DNA of 64,000 bases from Myxococcota bacterium (GTDB lineage: Bacteria > Myxococcota_A > UBA9160 > UBA6930). The position numbers were made by a program, and so were the translations under genes. This document shows, piece by piece, positions 18,649-27,243 of this stretch. Under the pieces are notes generated by a model, which was not told the DNA's origin, ran no database searches, and was given only the letters and a program-made list of their open reading frames with translations. The stretch covers positions 2,496,001-2,560,000 of the forward strand of contig OZ245002.1 of assembly GCA_965223415.1 (NCBI GenBank). The letters run 5' to 3'. The number at the start of each line of letters is the position of its first letter. Within the stretch, counting starts at the first letter, position 1.

Positions 18649-19128
18649 ATGTTGTCGCTGGACGAGATCGAGGCGGGTGCCCTGTGCACCCACAAGAACA
18701 CGGGCCTCCGCTACGTGGTGGTGGCGGTGGAGGACGCCGAGGTGCTGCTCGAGGCCCAGACCGAGGGCCACGAGCCGTTGACCGTTCCCGACGACCTGTT
18801 CGTGCGGGAGTTCCACGTCGGCGAGGCGTACCGCACGCCCCGGCGCGGCCGCAGCCGTGGCCGTGGGCGGCGCAGCGGGCCGGCGACGCCGGCGGCGCCC
18901 ACCGGGCCGAAGTCCAAGGGCAAGATCAAGAAGATGGTGCGCGACCGGGGCTTCGGCTTCATCCGCGGCGACGACGGCAAGGAAGTCTTCTTCCACCGCT
19001 CCGGCATGAACGGCACGGACTACGACAACATCTCCGAAGGCGACACCGTCGAGTACGTCATCCAGGAAGGCCCCCGCGGCGCCCGCGCCGAGCACGTCCG
19101 CGCCGTCCCCCAGGACTCCGCCGCCTAG
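18649..19128 (+). CDS. Cold-shock-domain protein with N-terminal extra domain
   Basis: C-terminal RNP motifs 'RGFGFI' and 'VFFHRS'; GGAGG RBS. Confidence 0.85.
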   Translation: MLSLDEIEAGALCTHKNTGLRYVVVAVEDAEVLLEAQTEGHEPLTVPDDLFVREFHVGEAYRTPRRGRSRGRGRRSGPATPAAPTGPKSKGKIKKMVRDRGFGFIRGDDGKEVFFHRSGMNGTDYDNISEGDTVEYVIQEGPRGARAEHVRAVPQDSAA

Positions 19129-19132
19129 CCCC

Positions 19133-19176
19133 GACAACGCAACAACTTAACAAACGGAACTGGCCCCCAACTTAAC
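19133..19176 (+). repeat. Dispersed repeat copy
   Basis: GACAACGCAACAACTTAACAAACGGAACTGGCCCCCAACTTAAC. Confidence 0.88.
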
Positions 19177-20800
19177 TCGGGTAGCGGTGGACGATGGGGA
19201 GGCGGCGGCCGCTGCCGAAGGCCTTGGGGCTGACGCGAAGGACGAGCGGGGACTGGCGGCGCTTGTACTCGTTGCGGTCGAGGCGGCGGACGATGCCGGC
19301 GGCGTCTTCGCGGGTGGCGCCCGGCGGCGGGGTGATGGCGGCGGCGCCCAGGCCCCCTTCGATGGCCTGCTCGAGGACGGCGTCGAGGACGTCGTAGGGC
19401 GGCAGGTCGTCGCTGTCGAGCTGGTCCGGCGCCAGCTCGGCCGAGGGCGGCTTGTCGATCGTGTTCTGCGGGATCCGCTCGCCGTTCTTGTTGGCGTGGC
19501 GGGCGATGGCGTAGACGTCGCGCTTGTAGACGTCGCCCAGCACGGCGAGGCCACCGACCGTGTCGCCGTAGAGCGTGCAGTAGCCGACCGAGAGCTCGCT
19601 CTTGTTGCCGGTGGCGAGGACGAGCCGGTTCTCGGCGTTGGAGACCGCCATCAGGATCGCGCCGCGGATGCGCGACTGGATGTTCTGCTGGGCGAGTCCG
19701 TAATCGTCCTTCGCGCCGAACAGCTCGGCGAAGATCGCGCGGTAGGCCTCGTAGACCCGGCCGATCTCCACCTCGCGCACCTCGATGCCCAGGTGCCCGC
19801 CCAGCCCGAGGGCGTCGTCGACGCTGTGCTCCGAGGAGAAGGGGCCGGGCATGGCGACGCCCAGCACCTGATCCGCGCCCAGCGCCTCCACGGCCAGGTG
19901 CGCCGTCACCGCCGAGTCGATACCGCCGGACAGCCCGATCACGGCCGCGTGGGGCAGGCCCTGTTTGCGGAAGTAGTCGTGGATGCCCAGCACCAGGCCG
20001 CGCTCGAGCTGGCTCACCCGGTCGAGGTCCGGAACGTCGTCCGGGAGGCGCCCGGGCTCGCTGCCAGGCAGCTCGACCACCTCGAAGGCCTCCTCGAAGA
20101 GAGGGAGCTGAGCGAGGACGCGGCCCTCCTCGTCCACCACGAAGGAGCCGCCGTCGAAGATCAGCTCGTCGTTGCCGCCGACCTGGTTGGCAAAGACGAT
20201 CGGCACGCGGTGGCGGGCCGCGAGCTCGCCGAACATCCGGCGGCGCTCGGCCGGCTTGCCCGCGTGCCACGGGGAGGCCGAGAGGTTCAGCACCACCTCC
20301 GCGCCGGCGGCCGCCAGCTCGCCGACCGGGTCGCGGCCGTAGCCGATCTCGAAGGACCAGGCGTCTTCGCAGACCGTGAGGCCCAGGGTGCCGATGGGAG
20401 TGCGCTCGGTGGCGTCGACGAAGTAGCGGTTCTCGTCGAAGACGTCGTAGGTTGGGAGCAGGGTCTTGGCCTGGACGGCGACGCGCTCGCCGTCGCGGAG
20501 CAGCACCGCGGCGTTGACCAGGCGCTTGGCGCGCTGGGGCTCGGCCCGGAGCACGGCGCCGACGGCGAGCTCGATCCCCTTCGAGCAGGGCGCGAGTGCT
20601 TCGAGCTCCCGGAGCTGGTCGCTCACGAAGCCCTCGCGCTCGAGCAGGTCCATCGGCGGGTAGCCGGTGAGGCAGAGCTCCGGCAGGACGCACAGGTCGG
20701 CGCCCGCTCGCTTCGCACGCTCGGCCGCCTCTTCCACGCGGCGGCGGTTGCCGGGGAGATCGCCCACGGTGGGGTTGATCTGCGCGATCGCGATCTTCAC
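19172..20800 (-). CDS. nadE: Glutamine-dependent NAD+ synthetase
   Basis: Nitrilase-fold domain (PEL, K, VCED) plus SGGIDS, NIQSRIRG, TGNKSE and PPSAEL. Confidence 0.96.
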   Translation of the reverse strand: MKIAIAQINPTVGDLPGNRRRVEEAAERAKRAGADLCVLPELCLTGYPPMDLLEREGFVSDQLRELEALAPCSKGIELAVGAVLRAEPQRAKRLVNAAVLLRDGERVAVQAKTLLPTYDVFDENRYFVDATERTPIGTLGLTVCEDAWSFEIGYGRDPVGELAAAGAEVVLNLSASPWHAGKPAERRRMFGELAARHRVPIVFANQVGGNDELIFDGGSFVVDEEGRVLAQLPLFEEAFEVVELPGSEPGRLPDDVPDLDRVSQLERGLVLGIHDYFRKQGLPHAAVIGLSGGIDSAVTAHLAVEALGADQVLGVAMPGPFSSEHSVDDALGLGGHLGIEVREVEIGRVYEAYRAIFAELFGAKDDYGLAQQNIQSRIRGAILMAVSNAENRLVLATGNKSELSVGYCTLYGDTVGGLAVLGDVYKRDVYAIARHANKNGERIPQNTIDKPPSAELAPDQLDSDDLPPYDVLDAVLEQAIEGGLGAAAITPPPGATREDAAGIVRRLDRNEYKRRQSPLVLRVSPKAFGSGRRLPIVHRYPS

Positions 20801-20869
20801 GCTCGGTTGCCCACGGCCGGAGGATCGGCGCCGGCCGGAAGGGCGTCAAGCTCGCGCTAGGCTCGCGTG

Positions 20870-21781
20870 ATGCCCGAGATCGTCGGACCGAGCTCCCACT
20901 TCTACGTCTCCCAGCGTCTGCGGCTCCACTACGTGGATTGGGGCAACGAGAGCGCGCCGCCGCTCCTGCTGATCCACGGAGGCAAGGACCACGCGCGCAG
21001 CTGGGACCCGATCGCCCGGGAGCTGCGGCGGGACTGGCACGTGATCGCCCCGGACCTCCGCGGCCACGGCGACAGTGCCTGGGCCATCGGGGGCAGCTAC
21101 GGCCTGCCGGACTTCGTGCTCGATATCGCCCAGTTGGTGGAGGCTCTCGAGCTCGCGCCACTCACGATCGTCGCGCACTCGCTGGGCGGCGCGGTGGCGC
21201 TCCACTACGCCGGCATCTACCCCGAGAAGGTGGCGCGGCTCGTCGCGATCGAAGGTCTCGGGCCGGCGCCGGAGCTCGCGAAGCGCATGGCCGAGACGCC
21301 GGTGCACGAGCGCTTCCGCAGCTGGATCGGCTCGATGCAGGAGCTCGCCGCCCGGCATCCGCGCCGCTACCCGTCGATTGACGACGCCGCGAAGCGCATG
21401 CAGGAGGTGAACTCCTTCCTACCGCCGGACCTCGCGCGCCACCTCACCCTGCACGGCGTGGCTCGCAACGAGGACCACTCCTTCAGCTGGAAGTTCGACA
21501 ACTACGTCCGGGCGTTCTCGCCGGTACGCCTGCGGGGCGACGACGTGCGAGCCCTCTGGGCCCGCATCACCTGCCCCGTCCTCCTCGTCCGCGGCAGCGA
21601 GAGCTGGGCCAGCGATCCCGAGCGCGATGGCCGCATCGCCCACTTCCAGAACGCCCGCCTCGAGAACGTCGAGCGGGCCGGCCACTGGGTCCACCACGAC
21701 CAGCCCGAAGCCTTCCTCGCCGCCCTCCGCCCCTTCCTCACAACGCAACAACTTAACAAACGGAACCGGTCCCTATCTTAA
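20870..21781 (+). CDS. Alpha/beta hydrolase
   Basis: HGG, AHSLGG and AGHWVHHD. The last codons are repeat-derived. Confidence 0.9.
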   Translation: MPEIVGPSSHFYVSQRLRLHYVDWGNESAPPLLLIHGGKDHARSWDPIARELRRDWHVIAPDLRGHGDSAWAIGGSYGLPDFVLDIAQLVEALELAPLTIVAHSLGGAVALHYAGIYPEKVARLVAIEGLGPAPELAKRMAETPVHERFRSWIGSMQELAARHPRRYPSIDDAAKRMQEVNSFLPPDLARHLTLHGVARNEDHSFSWKFDNYVRAFSPVRLRGDDVRALWARITCPVLLVRGSESWASDPERDGRIAHFQNARLENVERAGHWVHHDQPEAFLAALRPFLTTQQLNKRNRSLS

Positions 21782-21785
21782 CAAC
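21740..21785 (+). repeat. Dispersed repeat copy
   Basis: ACAACGCAACAACTTAACAAACGGAACCGGTCCCTATCTTAACAAC. Confidence 0.88.
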
Positions 21786-21803
21786 TCGCCAGAGTCACCG
21801 AAC

Positions 21804-22265
21804 TCAGGGGTAGTACACCAGGAGGGCGTCGCCGAAGGCGGCGGGGCGGGATTCGCCTTCGATCTCGAAGCGCATGGTGAGGGTGGCGCGGAGGGCGCCG
21901 CGGGGGAGGTCGCGGAGGGCCTTCAGGGTGGCGCGCATGCGGAGGCGCGCGCCGGAGGGGACGGGAGTGCGGAAGCGCATCTTCTCGATACCCGGGTTGA
22001 CGAGCATGCGCGCACCCTTCACCTCGATGATCTGGCCGAGAAGGAACGGCGCGAGAGAGGCGGTCAGGTGGCCGTGCGCGATGGTCGTGCCGAAGGGCCC
22101 TTCCTTGGCGCGCTCGGGATCGGTGTGGATCCACTGCTTGTCGCCGGTCGCTTCGGCGAACAGGTCGATCCGCTCCTGGCTGATCGTGAGCCAATCGGAG
22201 ACGCCCAGCTCCGTTCCCACGAGGGCCTTGAGGGACGGGATGTCGGGGACGACGCGCTTTGCCAT
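21804..22265 (-). CDS. MaoC-like dehydratase
   Basis: 'FAEATGDKQWIHTD' and 'TIAHGHLT'. Confidence 0.92.
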   Translation of the reverse strand: MAKRVVPDIPSLKALVGTELGVSDWLTISQERIDLFAEATGDKQWIHTDPERAKEGPFGTTIAHGHLTASLAPFLLGQIIEVKGARMLVNPGIEKMRFRTPVPSGARLRMRATLKALRDLPRGALRATLTMRFEIEGESRPAAFGDALLVYYP

Positions 22266-22332
22266 GGGGGACGGCGCAGGATAGCAGGCACCCGGCAGGG
22301 GACGGCTATGCTCCGGCGCCGTGGAAACGCGA

Positions 22333-23133
22333 ATGCGAGTGGGGCTGCGATTCGATCCCCGCCTCACCGACGGCGCCGGCGAACGCCTGTCCGCCCTGGT
22401 CGACGCCGCGCCGCTGGCGGAGGCCCATGGCTTCGACGTGCTGTGGATCGCCGAGCGGCCCACCTCCGAGGCGTCCCTCGTGCCCTCGGCTCTCGTGCTG
22501 TGCGCCGCCGTTGCCGTCCGCACCCGGCGTCTGCGCATCTCGAGCGGCCTGCTCCCCCTGCCCTTCTATCACCCGCTGCGCGTGGCGGAGGACGCCGCCT
22601 CCCTCGACGGGCTTTCGCAGGGACGGTTCGAGCTGGGCGTGGGTCTGGGAAGCGATCCCGCGGCCCTGGCGCACTTCGGCGTCGAGGCCGACGAGCGCAT
22701 CGCGCGCTTCGAGGAAGCCCTGGACCTGATCGAGAGCGCCTGGGTGCGCGAAGCCCTCGACTTCGAAGGGCGCTACTTCCCCACCGAGAACGTCGCGCTG
22801 CACCCCCGTCCCGTGCAGCCGGGCGGGCCTCCCCTCTGGATCGGCGTGGAGGCGCCCGCCGCCCAGCGGCGCGCCGCCGAGCGGGGGCGCGGCCTCCTGG
22901 TCCGGGCCGGCGTGTCGGTGGAGCCGTACCTGGAGGCGTTCGCCGGCGCCGGTTCGCCCCGGGTGGCCTTCCTGCTGGCCGAAGGCGCCGCCGAGGCCGA
23001 GCTGCCCTCGGAAGGAGTGGCCTCCGACTGGGTGCTTCCCCTCCCTTCCGATCTCGCCCCCGACGCGATCGGCCCCGAGATCCGACGTCTCGCCGACCGC
23101 GCCAAGTCGCTCCGGGACGGAACTCGGGGCTGA
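22333..23133 (+). CDS. LLM-class flavin-dependent oxidoreductase (divergent)
   Basis: 'AEAHGFDVLWIAE', 'HPLRVAEDAASLDGLSQGRFELGVG' and 'PRPVQ'. Confidence 0.82.
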   Translation: MRVGLRFDPRLTDGAGERLSALVDAAPLAEAHGFDVLWIAERPTSEASLVPSALVLCAAVAVRTRRLRISSGLLPLPFYHPLRVAEDAASLDGLSQGRFELGVGLGSDPAALAHFGVEADERIARFEEALDLIESAWVREALDFEGRYFPTENVALHPRPVQPGGPPLWIGVEAPAAQRRAAERGRGLLVRAGVSVEPYLEAFAGAGSPRVAFLLAEGAAEAELPSEGVASDWVLPLPSDLAPDAIGPEIRRLADRAKSLRDGTRG

Positions 23134-23169
23134 CCCTTCCCGTATACTCGCCGGACGAAGGGGAGGACC

Positions 23170-24729
23170 ATGCGGCCGCGCACCGCGCTTCTCGCATCGC
23201 TCGGGATCGCCGTCGTCGTCGGGTTCGGCTGGTCCGGCGCGGCGCTCTACAAGACCGTCATCGATCTGGTCTCCGCAGCCTTCCCCGCAGGCAGCGTCAT
23301 CCAGGCCGCCGCCGACGCCCTGGGCATCCCCTACCCCCGACCGATCGCCGGCCCGTTCTGGACCTTCTCGGGGCTGATCGTGGTGGCGCTGGCGAGCTTC
23401 TGGCTGATGCGCCGCGCCGTCCGCCGGCAGCAGGCCGAGACGGATCCCCATCGCCGCGGCTTCCTCACCGGGACGCTCGCCGGTGGCGCGACCGCCCTGG
23501 CGGCCACCGGCGTGGCGGGAGGCCTCGCCGTCGCCCGGGCCCTCGGCGGCCTCGGCAACGGGGGACGCGGCTGGGCCCCGACCTTCACCCAGGTGTGGGG
23601 CGGCGACGTGGAGAAGACCCACGAGCGCTGGGCCGAGGAGTGGAAGGGGAGCCGCGTTCGCGAGTACCGGCGGCTCGGCCGCACCGGCTTCCAGATCTCG
23701 GACATCGTCGTGGGCGGCGGCCGCGTGAAGGGCGAGAAGGGCAGCGAGATCGTGCGCATGGCCCTGGACCGCGGGGTGAACTACGTCGACACCTCGCCGG
23801 ACTACTCCGCCACCGGGAGCGAGAACGCGATCGCCGCGGCGCTGAAGGGCCGCCGCGACAAGGTGTTCGTCGCCACCAAGTTCTGCACCGCCCGCGGTCA
23901 CCTCGGTCCGAAGGCCGGCGTCGCCGAGCACAAGCAGGTGGTGGAGGACAGCCTGCGCCGCCTCCAGACCGACTACGTCGACCTCGTCCACCAGCACAGC
24001 TGCGACGAGGTCGCTCGGATCGAGTCCGAGACCATGCACGAGGCCTTCGACCGTCTGAAGCAGGAAGGGAAGGTCCGCTTCCTGGGCTTCTCCTCCCACA
24101 CGCCGAACCTGGTGCAGGTGGCCGACGCAGCCATCGCGAACGGCCGCTACGACGTGATGATGCTCGCCTATCATCACGGCATCTGGCCCGAGATGGCCGA
24201 CGTGGTGCGCCGCGCCCGCGAGGCCGACGTCGGCGTGGTCGCCATGAAGACGCTGAAGGGCGCGAAGCACGACGGCCTTGCCGGCTTCCAGGAGCGCTCG
24301 GGCGCCTACAGCCAGGCGGCGCTCCGCTGGGTGCTCTCGAACACGGACGTGTCCGCCGCGATCATCTCCTTCTTCGAGTTCCAGCACGTCGACGAGTACC
24401 TTTTCGCCTCGGGGGGGCGCGCCGACGCGCGGGATCTCACGCTGCTGCGGGAGTACGACCGCCAGGTCGCCGGCCGCTACTGCGCCCCCCACTGCGGCGC
24501 CTGCCTCTCGAACTGCCCCGAAGGTGTTCCGATCCACGACGTGCTCCGGCACCGCATGTACTTCGAGGACTACGGCAACGAGAAGGAGGCCCTGCGCCTC
24601 TACGCGGGCCTCGGAACGAATGCCGAGGCCTGCGCATCGTGCAGCGGCCCCTGTGTTGGCTCGTGCCCGCTGGGCATCGACATCCCCGAGCGCATGCGTG
24701 GGAGCCACGAGCTCCTCACCCTGACCTGA
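23170..24729 (+). CDS. Aldo/keto reductase with N-terminal TM segments and C-terminal Fe-S dicluster
   Basis: YRRLGRTG, DTSPDY and SLRRLQTDYVDL; C-terminal CxxxCxxCxxxCP and CxxCxxxCxxxCP. Confidence 0.88.
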   Translation: MRPRTALLASLGIAVVVGFGWSGAALYKTVIDLVSAAFPAGSVIQAAADALGIPYPRPIAGPFWTFSGLIVVALASFWLMRRAVRRQQAETDPHRRGFLTGTLAGGATALAATGVAGGLAVARALGGLGNGGRGWAPTFTQVWGGDVEKTHERWAEEWKGSRVREYRRLGRTGFQISDIVVGGGRVKGEKGSEIVRMALDRGVNYVDTSPDYSATGSENAIAAALKGRRDKVFVATKFCTARGHLGPKAGVAEHKQVVEDSLRRLQTDYVDLVHQHSCDEVARIESETMHEAFDRLKQEGKVRFLGFSSHTPNLVQVADAAIANGRYDVMMLAYHHGIWPEMADVVRRAREADVGVVAMKTLKGAKHDGLAGFQERSGAYSQAALRWVLSNTDVSAAIISFFEFQHVDEYLFASGGRADARDLTLLREYDRQVAGRYCAPHCGACLSNCPEGVPIHDVLRHRMYFEDYGNEKEALRLYAGLGTNAEACASCSGPCVGSCPLGIDIPERMRGSHELLTLT

Positions 24730-24746
24730 TCCCGCGGAGGTCCCCG

Positions 24747-26267
24747 ATGCGACGACCGATCGTCTTCTGTCTCCTGCTGGCCGCGAGCTTCGCCGTGGCC
24801 GCCCTCGCCGACGAGGCCGGGGAGCCCGCCGAGCCCGCAGCGAGCGCCGAGGCGCCCGCGGAGGCCTGGCCGTTGCCGGAGCCCGGCGCCTGCCAGCCCA
24901 AGGGCGGGCTGCTCGCCGGACCGCGCGCCACTCCGGAGGACGCGCCCCCGGCGCTGCCTTTCGAGCCCGGCGACGTCTTCGAGCTCGAGCGCCTGGACAC
25001 GTTGAAGAACTTCCTTCCGGAGTTCGTGTGGCCCCACCGCGAGCGCTTCTTCTTCGACGGCATGCGGCTCGAGATCGGTCCCTGCTTCCGGGACTACGGC
25101 CCGCCCGCCTTCTACGACGAGGCCACCGAGAAGTTCCGCGGCCAGGCGAAGCTCACCGCCAACGGCGGGCTCGAGGGCTACACCGCCGGCCAGCCCTTCG
25201 CGCCCGTGGACATCGCCGAAGGCGACGCCCGAGCCGGCGACAAATGGCTCTGGAACACCGAGTTCCGCTACCAGGCGGCGGGCTTCCGGGGGAAGTTCCG
25301 GATGACCGACCTGGTGGGCCGCATCGGACGCGCCGAGCCCTTCGAGGGGGAGATGTTCAAGCTGCAGATGGCGCACCGGGCGGATCGACCGGGTGACGAC
25401 TACACCGCGCCGGGTGCCCGCTCGAAGCACTTCGTGGCCGGCGGGATCTTCTTCAAGCCCTTCGACGCACGCGAGCACTCCTGGCGGCAGTTCCGGGACC
25501 TCGAGCACCAGGTCGTGGTCGAGCGCTCCGACGACCTGCACGCCTACCTGCCGCAGTGGCGGCGGGTGCGGCGCCTGAACGCCAGCCAGGTCGAGGGGCT
25601 CTACATGCCTTCCTTCTCGGTCGGCGTCGTGCAGAACCAGCAGCTGGCGGTCGGCACGGGCACCGGTGGCGGCGGAGGAGTGGGCGCGGCCGGCGGAGTG
25701 ACCGGCGTGGGCGGCACGATCCAGAACAAGCGCAGCGGCTACGAGGGGCTGGTGTTCCGCCCGCTCCTCTACACGACCCGCGTGATCGGCCTGCACGACG
25801 TGCTCGCGCCGATCAACAGCGTCTCGCCCGGCTACCCGGAGAACGAGGATCGGGACTACGGTCCTTGGGGCCTCTCCTTCGCCAGCGATCGCTGGGACCT
25901 GCGTCGCGCCCTGGTCCTCGAGATGAAGGCCAAGGACCCCGGCGGCGACCTCAACGCGCGGCAGGTGGTGTACGTGGATCTCGAGACCCTGCAGCCCCTC
26001 TACATGGCGACCTTCGACGGGAAGGACGAGATGACCAACGTCGGTCTCTACGTCGGGCGCTGGAGCGAGGACCGGGAGGGCTACCCGCGCTGGCCCGACG
26101 ACGAGAGCCGCCCGGTGCGGGTGATCGACTCGGTGGGCGCTGCCTTCGCGAACCTCTCGGAGTCCGGGAGCTGGCGGCGGGAATCCTGGGAGAACGTGGC
26201 GACGCCGCCGGACGACCGGACCGTGAAGCGCATGGCCTCGGTGAGCCAGCTGACCAAGCGCCGCTGA
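24747..26267 (+). CDS. DUF1329-like exported protein
   Basis: Signal peptide, 'GYTAGQPF', 'GDKWLWN' and 'DDLHAYLPQWRRVRRL'. Confidence 0.75.
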   Translation: MRRPIVFCLLLAASFAVAALADEAGEPAEPAASAEAPAEAWPLPEPGACQPKGGLLAGPRATPEDAPPALPFEPGDVFELERLDTLKNFLPEFVWPHRERFFFDGMRLEIGPCFRDYGPPAFYDEATEKFRGQAKLTANGGLEGYTAGQPFAPVDIAEGDARAGDKWLWNTEFRYQAAGFRGKFRMTDLVGRIGRAEPFEGEMFKLQMAHRADRPGDDYTAPGARSKHFVAGGIFFKPFDAREHSWRQFRDLEHQVVVERSDDLHAYLPQWRRVRRLNASQVEGLYMPSFSVGVVQNQQLAVGTGTGGGGGVGAAGGVTGVGGTIQNKRSGYEGLVFRPLLYTTRVIGLHDVLAPINSVSPGYPENEDRDYGPWGLSFASDRWDLRRALVLEMKAKDPGGDLNARQVVYVDLETLQPLYMATFDGKDEMTNVGLYVGRWSEDREGYPRWPDDESRPVRVIDSVGAAFANLSESGSWRRESWENVATPPDDRTVKRMASVSQLTKRR

Positions 26268-26362
26268 GCACCGATCGATCGATTCCCCTGGGGGAATGAT
26301 CCCTCGAGCAGGTGGGGGGAAACTACTTCAGTGATCCGCGCCACAGGGCGATACGTCCAGGC

Positions 26363-26881
26363 ATGACCCTCCGATTGTCCACTCTCGCCAGCCCCCGCTC
26401 GCTCCTGCTGCTGGCGATAGCGGCGCTGATGGGTGCGCCGATCATCGTTGCGGAGCCGGCTTTCTCCGACCAGCCCCGGAAGATGTCCGTCACCCGCCGG
26501 CGGGACTACAGCTACGAGCGCGAGAAGCGCGAGCGCGAGCGCGCGGACGAGCGCGAGAAGTGGCGGGCGCACCGCGAGAAGCAGACCGACAAGTTCCTCG
26601 ACTACCTCGAAGAGGAGGAGTTCGAGGAGGTGAAGGCGCGGCGCGTCGGCACCAACGGCAAGGCTTGCATGTACGGCGTGAACGGCGAGGTGATCCACCG
26701 CCCGGCCGGCGCCATCTGCGACCGCGCACCCGGCCCTCGCCCGGAGGGCGCCGCCGCCGCCCCGGCCGCACCCGCCGCCCAGCCCACCACCTCCGCCCCG
26801 GCCAAGGAGCAGACCAAGGGCCGCTGCATCTACGGCAAGAGCGGCAAGCTCCTCTACGCCGCCCCCGACGCCGAGTGCTAG
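26363..26881 (+). CDS. Hypothetical exported protein with two CxYGxxG repeats
   Basis: Signal peptide, charged helix, and 'CMYGVNGEVI' / 'CIYGKSGKLL' repeats. Confidence 0.65.
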   Translation: MTLRLSTLASPRSLLLLAIAALMGAPIIVAEPAFSDQPRKMSVTRRRDYSYEREKRERERADEREKWRAHREKQTDKFLDYLEEEEFEEVKARRVGTNGKACMYGVNGEVIHRPAGAICDRAPGPRPEGAAAAPAAPAAQPTTSAPAKEQTKGRCIYGKSGKLLYAAPDAEC

Positions 26882-26882
26882 C

Positions 26883-26950
26883 GAGACAAGGGGACGTTCC
26901 TTTCTGTCTCACGGCGAGCCGTGAGACAGAAAGGAACGTCCCTATGTCTC
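26883..26950. repeat. Long palindromic REP-like element at a convergent junction
   Basis: Perfect 25-nt arms GGGACGTTCCTTTCTGTCTCACGGC / GCCGTGAGACAGAAAGGAACGTCCC, plus outer GAGACA/TGTCTC. Confidence 0.85.
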
Positions 26951-27232
26951 ACTCAGCTCGTTCATCGCGGCGGCGAGCTCGACGTCGCTGCGGGTGATGC
27001 CGCCGGAGTCGTGGGTCGTGAGATCGACGACGACGCGGTTCCAGACGTTGGACCACTCGGGGTGGTGGTCGCGCTTCTCGGCGACGAGCGCCACGCGGGC
27101 CATGAAGCCGAAGGCCTGGTTGAAGTCGGCGAAGCGGAACTCCCGGTGGAGCTTGCCCGCCAGGACGCTCCAGCCCTCGAGCTCCGCCAGCGCCGCAGCG
27201 AGCTCGGCCTCGCCGAGGACCGGCCGCGCCAT
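26942..27232 (-). CDS. 4a-hydroxytetrahydrobiopterin dehydratase
   Basis: '[26 protein letters not shown]'. Confidence 0.93.
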   Translation of the reverse strand: MARPVLGEAELAAALAELEGWSVLAGKLHREFRFADFNQAFGFMARVALVAEKRDHHPEWSNVWNRVVVDLTTHDSGGITRSDVELAAAMNELSET

Positions 27233-27243
27233 CCCCCGTCCCC

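Noticed and set aside
21627..26267. 1546-aa ORF as one giant protein
   Set aside because: Only the last 506 aa (from ATG 24747, with GGAGG RBS and signal peptide) look like protein. The rest overlaps three real genes in other frames.
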